From Acidianus tailed spindle virus: a stretch of 32,000 nucleotides of DNA. A program made the position numbers and the translations under genes. Numbering within the stretch: position 1 is the stretch's first letter; each line of letters opens with the position of its first letter. The notes under the pieces were generated by a model. The model searched no databases, had not been told where the DNA came from, and saw nothing but the letters and a program-made list of their open reading frames with translations. Of this stretch, positions 17,814 through 26,500 are shown piece by piece. The stretch lies in sequence record NC_029316.1, one strand, 5' to 3'.

Positions 17814-17986
17814 TCCTAACCCCTGAGTATACCTCTTAACAAGCAAATATTTAAATACATATGTTTGAGCTTTTGTTAAGTATTCTGCTGACTTCCTCCC
17901 TGCTGGCTTTTTCTTTGCCTTGGAATGGTGAAGCTTTCCACTCTTTACACAAAATCCTTAAATTGAAGTCTGGAAAAGTGCGGAAA

Positions 17987-18068
17987 CAGAATCCTTTTAT
18001 ATACTGAAACGTTTGTTTTCGCATGGAACGTATAGAGGTAGAAATCAATAATCCTGAAATTTTAGAAT
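17987..18068 (+). repeat. Copy 2 of the duplicated promoter/5' region, intact at the CCA-adding gene
   Basis: cagaatccttttatatactgaaacgtttgttttcgcATGGAACGTATAGAGGTAGAAATCAATAATCCTGAAATTTTAGAAT. Confidence 0.85.
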
Positions 18069-19375
18069 ATATTAAAAAATTAGGCACAAATAACGTATAT
18101 CTTGTCGGCGGTACTGTTAGGGACATCCTGACTGGCAAGAAGCCCAAAGACTTAGATTTTGTTGTTACAGATTTTGATAAAGCGTTAAAGTTAGCAGAAG
18201 AGATGAACTTACCTATTCATGAGGACGGTATACGCTTCGGAGTCCTTAGAATAGGAGATAAATATGATTTTGCTTCATTGAGGAAGGAGAGATACGACAC
18301 TGTTAGTAAGCCTACCGTTGAGCTCGGTGCTTCTTTGGAAGAAGATGCGAGGAGGAGGGATTTTACAATTAATGACCTCTACGGCAAGATAGTAGGTATT
18401 CATGGAAATAAATTGGTAATGGAGATACTTGATTTTAATAACGGTTTGGAGGATCTGCGTAATCATACGTTAAGGTTCGTAGGAAACCCGCAGGAGAGAA
18501 TAGACGAGGATCCGCTTAGGATACTGAGGGGAATAAGGTTTATCCTTTACGGCTATAAAATGTCACCAGACCAACTGGAAATTATGAAGAAGAACATTAG
18601 TAAGCTGGATAAATTACCTATAGAGAGAATAAGGGATGAGATACTAAAAATACTAAAGGTTAACCCTGCGGAGGGGTTTAAACTACTCGACGAGTTCGGT
18701 CTGTTAAAATATCTCTATGGAGAACATTACGAGGCATTAAAGAATACCTATCACGATAATAGGGGAGCACACCACGGTGAGGATGTTATAGAGCACACAT
18801 ATGAGGCGTTAAAGAGGCTTAGAAACCCAGATATTGAAACGATATTAGCAGTAATTTACCACGATGTAGGCAAACCTTATACTAGGAGCGAAAAAAACGG
18901 GAAGATAATGTTCATAGGTCACGCTAAAAAGAGTGCGGAAATTGCGAAGGAATTAATGAAGAGACTAAAGTTACCTAACAACATAATAAAGGACGTTACT
19001 AACTTAATAGAAATGCACATGGACTTCAATCTAGCACAGAATAACGAGAAGAACCAGGCACAATTAATTACCAAGTTAATGTCACTGTATTATTGGAACC
19101 CTGAGAAAGTAAGAGAGATATATAATAAACTAGTAGAGCTATCTCACGCTGATACTGGAAGTGAGAATATACTTAACATGTCCAACAGAATAACAGAACC
19201 GATTATAACTGGAGAAGAAATAGCAAATACTTTTGGTGTGAGCGGAAACATATTGAAGCATTTGAAGGAGAGAGCATATACTCTACAACTGCTAGGATAT
19301 GATAAAGACGAGATAATGAAGATGTTGAAAGGTGACCACAAGTTGTATGAGTTTAAGAAGCTTTTAGAAAATTGA
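18023..19375 (+). CDS. cca: Class II (bacterial-type) tRNA nucleotidyltransferase / CCA-adding enzyme with HD domain
   Basis: 450-aa ORF with VYLVGGTVRDILTGKKPKDLDFVV (motif A), ARRRDFTINDLYG (motif B), DLRNHTLRFVGNPQERIDEDPLRILRGIRF (motifs C/D), PIERIRDEILKIL (motif E) and an HD domain (HHGEDVIEHTYEAL...AVIYHDVGKPYT). Leaderless promoter ccttttatata. Confidence 0.88.
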   Translation: MERIEVEINNPEILEYIKKLGTNNVYLVGGTVRDILTGKKPKDLDFVVTDFDKALKLAEEMNLPIHEDGIRFGVLRIGDKYDFASLRKERYDTVSKPTVELGASLEEDARRRDFTINDLYGKIVGIHGNKLVMEILDFNNGLEDLRNHTLRFVGNPQERIDEDPLRILRGIRFILYGYKMSPDQLEIMKKNISKLDKLPIERIRDEILKILKVNPAEGFKLLDEFGLLKYLYGEHYEALKNTYHDNRGAHHGEDVIEHTYEALKRLRNPDIETILAVIYHDVGKPYTRSEKNGKIMFIGHAKKSAEIAKELMKRLKLPNNIIKDVTNLIEMHMDFNLAQNNEKNQAQLITKLMSLYYWNPEKVREIYNKLVELSHADTGSENILNMSNRITEPIITGEEIANTFGVSGNILKHLKERAYTLQLLGYDKDEIMKMLKGDHKLYEFKKLLEN

Positions 19376-19394
19376 AGCGAAAGAGCCTGTAAAG

Positions 19395-19658
19395 TCAAAT
19401 TTCGCTTCTTAGAACTCTCACAAAAGGCTTTAGTTGTATTGCACCGAATTCCTCCATTTTTTTAAGCAACTTATAGCTGTCAATTGCCTCTAGCCCAGTT
19501 AATATTCTTACTGCGTTTATCAACTCTGTCCAGTCAATGTCCACTATTCCAGTCCTTGGGTCTGCTATACTGTTTAGTGTCCTCAACACTCTGTTGGCAA
19601 AGTTCCTCTCATTTTCTGTCATAGTTGCAATGTAATACCTTCTAATTGGAGTTTCCAT
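19395..19658 (-). CDS. Small protein, possible wHTH/DNA-binding
   Basis: 87-aa ORF, METPIRRYYIATMTENERNFANRVLRTLNSIADPRTGIVDIDWTELINAVRILTGLEAIDSYKLLKKMEEFGAIQLKPFVRVL...; short helical pattern compatible with a winged-helix fold. Confidence 0.55.
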   Translation of the reverse strand: METPIRRYYIATMTENERNFANRVLRTLNSIADPRTGIVDIDWTELINAVRILTGLEAIDSYKLLKKMEEFGAIQLKPFVRVLRSEI

Positions 19659-19729
19659 ATGTTTAGCTTTAATTTTGTGATTAAAAAATATTTCTTCATT
19701 TCATTAAATTTTAGACCGTATTATTTGAA

Positions 19730-19743
19730 AACACAACTGTGTT
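19730..19743. promoter_or_regulatory. Dispersed palindrome (copy 8)
   Basis: AACACAACTGTGTT within gaaaacacaactgtgttttcagg, between divergent genes. Confidence 0.6.
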
Positions 19744-19838
19744 TTCAGGAAGTTTGTTTAACTTTCTAGACGTAAAGCCTCACAGTTTTCGATAAACCAT
19801 GAAGTTTATATACTTTAAGAGATTTAGTAGAGATAAGC

Positions 19839-20006
19839 ATGGACGTAGGGATATTATTCTTAATAGCAATAGCGTTGTCTGTATTTGAAATAATTTTAGG
19901 TATCTTAATCCATATTACAACTAAAGAAGATGCAGATTTTATTGCAATACTTGCAGGTGTTTTAGGGCTAATATGGATATTTCTAATATCTGCACAAATT
20001 ATCTAG
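19839..20006 (+). CDS. Small two-TM protein (55 aa)
   Basis: Manually translated: MDVGILFLIAIALSVFEIILGILIHITTKEDADFIAILAGVLGLIWIFLISAQII*. TATA-like tttatatacttt lies ~30 nt upstream. Confidence 0.5.
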   Translation: MDVGILFLIAIALSVFEIILGILIHITTKEDADFIAILAGVLGLIWIFLISAQII

Positions 20007-20053
20007 CAAAAATTTGTTCTACTTTCTGACGAAATAAAAAAAACGAATTAACT

Positions 20054-20224
20054 TTAGACCTTCATGACGAAACGCCTATCGACGAATTCTTTCACGGCTA
20101 ATCTGTATACGTCGCTAATCGCGATATGGTTCTTTTCCGCTAAGTCCTTTATCTGCTCATGCCATTCGCGTGGCACGTAGAACGATATCTTAACGCCGTC
20201 CGTGATTTTGTTCATTTTTCTCAT
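20054..20224 (-). CDS. Ribbon-helix-helix (CopG/Arc-like) transcriptional regulator (56 aa)
   Basis: Manually translated: MRKMNKITDGVKISFYVPREWHEQIKDLAEKNHIAISDVYRLAVKEFVDRRFVMKV*. RHH pattern: beta-strand VKISFYVPREW, then two helices. Below the ORF track cut-off. Confidence 0.7.
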   Translation of the reverse strand: MRKMNKITDGVKISFYVPREWHEQIKDLAEKNHIAISDVYRLAVKEFVDRRFVMKV

Positions 20225-20260
20225 ATCTAATTTCGCCTCACGCCTTTTTTAATACATGCC

Positions 20261-20295
20261 GTCGGATTCCCGACTATATCGTCGGGATTCCCGAC
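20261..20295. promoter_or_regulatory. Two palindromic operator-like sites upstream of the RHH gene
   Basis: GTCGGATTCCCGAC (20261-20274) and GTCGGGATTCCCGAC (20281-20295), centres ~20 bp apart. They sit just downstream of a minus-strand TATA-like gttaaaaatac at ~20306-20316. Confidence 0.65.
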
Positions 20296-20477
20296 GACAA
20301 AGAACGTATTTTTAACGCTTTGCATTTTTCTCATCCTTCGCGTCAATTATTGTCGATACGTCAATTTTACGACTTCTCATCTTTTTAAGCAATGCCTTCG
20401 TAATCGTTGTTAAGTGGGATATCTATAATCCGCATTGGGGCGGAAGCGGAACTTCATGAAGATTTATAATTCCGATT

Positions 20478-21065
20478 TTGAACGTAAATATGGGGAAAAG
20501 CGGAATGGAAAATAAGGGAGATTTAAGTCAAACTCCTAAAAACCAAATTCAATTTTTTTGGGATTTACTTAATTTTAATAAAGATAAACTAAAGGATCTC
20601 GAACCACAGCGTCTTTTTGATAGTCTATATAATCACCTTACTCGTCTTGCTGAGATTTTGAAAGGAGATAGTTACAGAGATAGTTACAAAAGGAAAATAT
20701 TCGTTTACCAAATGTTAAAATCTGTAATGTCTTCCTTATGTTATATAGCTCCTCTTCCAATTATAATATATTCTTCAAATACAAAATTTTATGAATTCGG
20801 TGTAATAAGAAGAAATGAAATACCAGTAGCTGTAGTTTTAGAATATGATGTTGAAGATAATAATGCTAAACCTTCTTCTATATATGAGATAAACGAATGC
20901 AACGAACCCGTAGACCCTGACAATGTTGGAAATGTAAGGATGGGGACTGGGTTTGATTACGCTGATGTGCTAAATTTAGAGATACCTGGAGTATATAAGA
21001 AAATTAGAATTGAGTTTGGTGACGATGATAAAATAGAAATAAAGAAAATTGAAGAAGAGGAATGA
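20478..21065 (+). CDS. Hypothetical protein with acidic C-terminus
   Basis: 195-aa ORF from TTG; the internal ATG (MGKSGMENKG...) at 20490 is an alternative start. Confidence 0.6.
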   Translation: MNVNMGKSGMENKGDLSQTPKNQIQFFWDLLNFNKDKLKDLEPQRLFDSLYNHLTRLAEILKGDSYRDSYKRKIFVYQMLKSVMSSLCYIAPLPIIIYSSNTKFYEFGVIRRNEIPVAVVLEYDVEDNNAKPSSIYEINECNEPVDPDNVGNVRMGTGFDYADVLNLEIPGVYKKIRIEFGDDDKIEIKKIEEEE

Positions 21066-21076
21066 GGTGACTTGAC

Positions 21077-21859
21077 ATGGATCTGCTAGCAGTAAAGGAA
21101 GAGGCTAAGAAGATCTTACTCGGGTTCAAGGAAATCTATGTCATGTTCAGCGGTGGCAGAGACTCGTTAGTAGCACTGCACTTAACGCACTCCATTTATC
21201 CCGAAAAGACAAAGGCATTATTCATTAACACGGGTATCGCTACACCGGGGCTGTTGGATTACGTAGAGGGAGTGACTAAAGAGTTGGGTATTGAGCTTAC
21301 CATTATAGGATCTAAATACAACTATTTTGAGTTGGTGAATAAGATAGGTTTCCCTACACTAACAAAGAGGTGGTGTAAACGTTACCTCAAATTAGAGCCT
21401 CTACAAGATTTCGTTAAAGACAAAAAGGACATAATATTGATAACCGGAGTGAGGAAGAGTGAATCATGGATGAAGAGTAGGGCAAGTAAACTCTACTATA
21501 ATGAAAAAATTGGGGCATTAAGTTATGCGATCGTTTATGATTTTACTGAGCAGGACGTAGAGGAGTACATAAAGGCTAACGGTCTAAAGAAGAATTACCT
21601 TTATGACATTTACGGAAAAGCTTACGACTGTTGGTGCTCTGCTTACAAGACACCGGCAGACTTTGCAGTACTAGCGTTAAAGAACCCGGAGTTCTTCCAA
21701 AAGTTCGTAGAGGCTGAGGCTAAGCTGAGGAAAGGAGGATCGGGGCTATTTTACAACCACCAAAGGATATACTTCCGAGATATTCAAAAGGATCCTAAAT
21801 TGTACCTAGAAAGTTATGAGAGAAATTACAAGTGTCCATTGTGTAGAACCCTAATTTAA
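21077..21859 (+). CDS. PP-loop ATPase, phosphoadenylyl-sulfate-reductase/DndC-like
   Basis: 260-aa ORF with SGGRDSLVALHL PP-loop, TLTKRWCKRYLKLEPL, ITGVRKSESWMKSR, CWCSAYKTPADF and a C-terminal CPLC. Shine-Dalgarno-like gaggtga upstream. Confidence 0.8.
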   Translation: MDLLAVKEEAKKILLGFKEIYVMFSGGRDSLVALHLTHSIYPEKTKALFINTGIATPGLLDYVEGVTKELGIELTIIGSKYNYFELVNKIGFPTLTKRWCKRYLKLEPLQDFVKDKKDIILITGVRKSESWMKSRASKLYYNEKIGALSYAIVYDFTEQDVEEYIKANGLKKNYLYDIYGKAYDCWCSAYKTPADFAVLALKNPEFFQKFVEAEAKLRKGGSGLFYNHQRIYFRDIQKDPKLYLESYERNYKCPLCRTLI

Positions 21860-21862
21860 TTT

Positions 21863-22621
21863 TTGTTCTTCTTTCTTTTAGGAGGAGCGAAAATGGACAA
21901 GGATGAACTTAAGCAGATAATACAAAACTTACCAGATAACTCACCTAAGCTTCTGGAGTACCTTAAAGAAGCTAAGGAGAAGGGATGGAAGGATATCGTT
22001 GATATGATAGCTGTAAAACTAGGACTTAAGGAAGAGGGGAAGAAAGAGAAAAGAGAGAAGACTGAAATACTCAAGAATATTCTGAAGCCCTTGGGAAAAA
22101 AGAAGATAGAACATGCATGGGATTACAGCGTAGATTTTATTGAAGCTAAGAAAGTACTTACGTCTGCGTACAAACAGCTGTTTGATATGAATCTAATGCC
22201 CTATGAAGCATACGTTGCTATTCTCTTGATACAACTAGTCAACGGTGCTAGGATAGGTGAGGCAATTAGGGCTTTCAAAACGTTCGTTGAATCAGGGCAA
22301 AGAGAATTCCAGCTTCAAGCAGAAAAGCACGGTAATACAAGGTTCTTTGTTATTCCAGACATAATAAGGACGAAGATAACATACAGAACAATGCTTACAA
22401 TTGATGACACACTGCTAGAAGATAGAATAAGAAAATTCGCACGTAAGTATCTAAAGACTAATACACATTCGCTACGTTACGCTTTGATCTCATACTTGGC
22501 TAAGAATGCTGTAGACCCTGCGATCATCGCGAAGATAACAGGACACAAAAAGCTCGATAGAATTATACAGTATACTCAAACTAAAGATGCAATAGATATT
22601 TTGCGTAAGCTTTCCGACTGA
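21863..22621 (+). CDS. Tyrosine recombinase / integrase
   Basis: 252-aa track ORF. Catalytic pattern NGARIGEAIR, THSLRYALISYLAK, ITGHKKLDRIIQYTQ. The true start is probably the ATG of MDKDELKQI at 21893. Confidence 0.8.
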   Translation: MFFFLLGGAKMDKDELKQIIQNLPDNSPKLLEYLKEAKEKGWKDIVDMIAVKLGLKEEGKKEKREKTEILKNILKPLGKKKIEHAWDYSVDFIEAKKVLTSAYKQLFDMNLMPYEAYVAILLIQLVNGARIGEAIRAFKTFVESGQREFQLQAEKHGNTRFFVIPDIIRTKITYRTMLTIDDTLLEDRIRKFARKYLKTNTHSLRYALISYLAKNAVDPAIIAKITGHKKLDRIIQYTQTKDAIDILRKLSD

Positions 22622-22942
22622 TTAAGGAACCTTATGAAGATGTATTATTTTTCTTTCTTTATCAAAAGTTATTATGTAAAATCCCTTTTCAATTATCGCT
22701 CTTATTATTACACTGTCCTTTTTTCTTCCTAGCTTCGCTTTATATACGGGTTTCGAGAACGATATTGCGTATCCATAATCAGTTTTCATTATATTATAAT
22801 ATGTATAATTTGTTATTTCATCATCTACTACAAAGCTTAAGCCGATACGCTTTCCTTTTGTTATTCTAATTGCTATCTCACACTCATCTGTTTTGCATTC
22901 GTAATGTCTAAAGATCTGTTGCTCTTCTTTCTCTACCATCAT
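22622..22942 (-). CDS. Hypothetical beta-rich protein
   Basis: 106-aa ORF, MMVEKEEQQIFRHYECKTDECEIAIRITKGKRIGLSFVVDDEI...; its start overlaps the upstream 65-aa ORF. Confidence 0.55.
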   Translation of the reverse strand: MMVEKEEQQIFRHYECKTDECEIAIRITKGKRIGLSFVVDDEITNYTYYNIMKTDYGYAISFSKPVYKAKLGRKKDSVIIRAIIEKGFYIITFDKERKIIHLHKVP

Positions 22943-23105
22943 TGAACACCACCATCACGTCGTCAACTAGCGGTATTATTCTCTTTATATCTGCTACGTT
23001 TCTCCTCACGTACTTATAATAACCTCCACTAGTTTTTATTTTAAAAACTACCTGGTCACCATCTGCTAATACGGTGACCTTTTCAGTTGTTATTAATGTT
23101 TCCAT
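22908..23105 (-). CDS. Small beta-barrel-like protein (65 aa)
   Basis: METLITTEKVTVLADGDQVVFKIKTSGGYYKYVRRNVADIKRIIPLVDDVMVVFNDGRERRATDL. Minus-strand TATA-like ctatttttaagc at ~23130. Confidence 0.55.
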   Translation of the reverse strand: METLITTEKVTVLADGDQVVFKIKTSGGYYKYVRRNVADIKRIIPLVDDVMVVFNDGRERRATDL

Positions 23106-23171
23106 AAGTTTTATCCCTGCACTTTTGCTTAAAAATAGAACGCTTGAAAGGACGAAGGTTTGTCGTTCGTT

Positions 23172-23185
23172 ATCACAGCTGTGAT
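23172..23185. promoter_or_regulatory. Dispersed palindrome (copy 9, perfect)
   Basis: ATCACAGCTGTGAT, between divergent genes at 23105(-) and 23203(+). Confidence 0.6.
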
Positions 23186-23202
23186 TTCAGAACAAGCTTT
23201 AA

Positions 23203-23508
23203 ATGTGGCGTATTCTATTTTCCTGCATGGATAAGCTAAACTCTATAAGGGAACTCCTAAGGGATTTAAGAGATCTCACATTAGCTTCGTTTTATATTTT
23301 ACTTTTAACGTTTTTGCTTTTAGTGAGCACGAGCAGTTTTGCTTTTAGAAATGCATATATTAAACGCCTTAATAAATGCAATGGCGATTATAATTGTATT
23401 CAAAAAGCATTTGAGTGGTGTGCAACTGAAAGTGAGTGGAAAGCTGACCCTGCCCGTGTTTATAACGATATTTGTTTGCATTATTACAAAAAATTACAAA
23501 GAAAGTAG
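23203..23508 (+). CDS. Small membrane-anchored Cys-containing protein
   Basis: 101-aa ORF with one TM (FYILLLTFLLLVSTSSFAF) and four Cys in the soluble part. Palindrome at 23172-23185 lies directly upstream. Confidence 0.5.
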   Translation: MWRILFSCMDKLNSIRELLRDLRDLTLASFYILLLTFLLLVSTSSFAFRNAYIKRLNKCNGDYNCIQKAFEWCATESEWKADPARVYNDICLHYYKKLQRK

Positions 23509-23592
23509 ATTAAGGAGCGTAAAGCCTCGCCAGGGGTTGGATAGCCCCTTAACTGCCAATATCTTTTTAAGCACTCAATCACCCGTATTCGT

Positions 23593-26500
23593 ATGAGTGA
23601 AGCGGTAGCGAACACGGTGCTTAATAACATCAACGTTGTAGACGGTCTGCTTAATGATTATCAACCAATACCTAACCCACCTTCTTTACCTCCTTCGATT
23701 CCTCAGGGTGAAGTAGATAGAATATTAGCACAGTATTACGGCTCTCTATATAAATACTATTATCAATACGAGCCAGTAGCCTCTAGTGATATTAAACTCC
23801 TGAAGAAAGTAGTAAGTATCCTAAAAAATACCATAAAATTAGCAGAGAATTTGAAAAACGATAACCTAGTGCAAACATTAAACCAATACTTATCTAATTA
23901 TGAAAATGCGTTATCAGGACTAAGGTCTTTTGCCAAAGTTAATCCTTCAGTATTCGAACTATTATCTACCGCTTACTCTAACCTTGCTCAAATCCAAAAT
24001 TTCCCACAATTACCACAATCCCCATCAAACCCCTCTCTCTCGACCCTCGTACAATATTATGCAGAATTAGCATCATATTACCAACAAGTAAAAGAGATTG
24101 CTAAAGAGGATATACAGAAGATTAATAATGCAATAATGAATTTTCAACAGGCTGGAGCAAATATAAGTAAGCTTACATCTGTACTCTCTCAATATAAAGA
24201 AATTTATAAAGAAGCACCAGAGTTTTCGCAGTTCTATTCTGCCCTTGCTGAAGTTTATAACTTCCTTACTCAGTATGCAAATATTCCAAAACCACCTAAG
24301 CCACCTGAAATAGAAAAATCACAGGCTATTCCGTTGCACAATAATCCCTGTTTCGAAGAACTAGCACAATATTATGCAGAGTTATCTAGTTGGTTTAGTG
24401 AGAACGAGAAGAACATAAAGAACAATATTTCAGTATTATCGAATGCCATATCAACACTTAAGTCAGCTATCTCCATCGGTCAATCGTTAGGCGTAGATGT
24501 GTCTTCATTACAGCAATCACTAGAATGCTATTGTAATTCGTTGAAACAATTAGAAAGCCTCAATAATCCAAATTATGCACAGTTCTATTCAGCATTATCT
24601 AACGCGTACTCATGCTTAGCTAAGTTTATCAACCTACCAGATTTGCCAACTCAGCCTGAGAACCCAACTGCAGAGCAGGTATCTGAATACTATGCAGAGT
24701 TGTCTAGTTGGTTTAGTGAGAATGAGAAGAACATAAAGAATAATATTTCAGCATTATCGAATGCTATACCTGAACTTAATTCAGCGATCTCTATCGGTCA
24801 GTCTTTAGGCGTAGATGTGTCTTCATTACAGCAATCACTAGAATGCTATTGTAAAATTGAGAAGAGCCTAGAGAAGCTCACATCTAAAGATTATGCAAAA
24901 ATATATGGCAAATTATCAAAGGCATACGAGGCAATAGCACAAGCAGAAGATTGCATGCAGAGCGGGAACTATCAGAGTGCGTACGATATTCTTACGTCTG
25001 CGTTACAATCGTTGTTTGAAATAGAGACTGGAAACATAGGTAAGCATGTCGGAAGAGCAGAAATGGAAACTGCACAGACCAATCCTTCATCCTATACGCC
25101 TCCACCAACTCCTCCTAGCGTTAATGAATGTTGTGAATGTGCGATAAAACTGATGTGGAACATGGCAGGTGCGTCTTATCATATCGCAGTTGCGAATAAT
25201 ATTATGCAAGGTCTCAACGTTGGTCAGATAAAATCTCTTGCAGAGGCAAGCTCTTACTTCACTTCTCTTAAGGAAGCCCTAGCTAATGTAATACCGCAAC
25301 TATCTACTGCTAACCAGTACCTCCAGGCACTCAATTCCCAACCTATTGACATAGGAGATTATAATAACGCTTATCAGATAGCGTCAATATTAGCGGACGG
25401 GTTTACTACACTTAATAATGTAGTTACTGAGCTTAACAACACAGTTTCTAAAAGTGATCCTAATGAAGCAATAAAAACTATAGAACAGCTTAAAGAACAA
25501 GTAGCTAAGTATACGAATGTAACATATGAAGCATCTGGAACTGTTTCACAACAAGTAGCTCAAGCAGTACCTTCACTTACGCAAACCGCACAATGCGTTT
25601 GCACAACTCTAACTGCACTCCAAGAAATAGAACAACTGGAAGCCGAAGCACAAGATATGCTTAATAATCTACCACAACCACCATCAAATTCTACTTATGC
25701 AAATACTGCAAATTATTATCAATCAACATCTACTATCTTCACGAGGGTATCTTCATTATATAGCCAAGCATCAGCTATCGCTTCTCAAGTCCAATCTTTA
25801 TCTTCTGCATCTGAACAGCTTTCACAATATGCACAATATTACAGTGTAGTAGGTAAGGCTTATTCGTATTTAGCACAAGCATACGACGAACTTTGCAATA
25901 CTAATAACACTCAAAGCTTCGAAGGACTTGCTTCTATTTATAAAACCGCAAATGACCTTGTAAGTAAGGCTATAGATTGTTTATGTAATAATAAGATTAA
26001 CAACGAGCAGATAGAGCAGTGCGTACAAAAATTAGCTCACTGCCTGAGCGATTTTAATCATCACTTGTACTACCTCTACGAATTCTATTCGTATATGCAT
26101 TCCCACCACAGTGAATTGAACTACATAATTAACACGTTAAATGGCTACATGCAGAACGTTCCTTTCAGCCAATCCGAAGGATATAACCTGGTAAAAAGCG
26201 GGAACCCACGCCAACAGATAATAAATAAATACCTAGAGCCCGTACAGAGTAAGCTGAATTCGTTAGTATCTGGAATGAACGGGGATATACAACAAATTTT
26301 TATGCAGAACTACGGAAATAAACTGAATTGTTTAATTACAGCGTTATCTTACTACTTGACTGCAGTAGCTTATTTAGATTCAGCACAATGCTCACACAGT
26401 TCAATTCCTACCGTTGTTTCGTACTTACAAAACGCAGAAAGCTGTTTCAAAAACGCAGTCCCATACTTCAAGAACATAGGAGGGGACGTAAGCCAGTTAT

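Noticed and set aside
17851-18147. 98-aa minus-strand ORF over the promoter and start of the CCA-adding gene
   Set aside because: It overlaps the convincing leaderless promoter and N-terminus of the CCA enzyme and the repeated segment; no supporting features.
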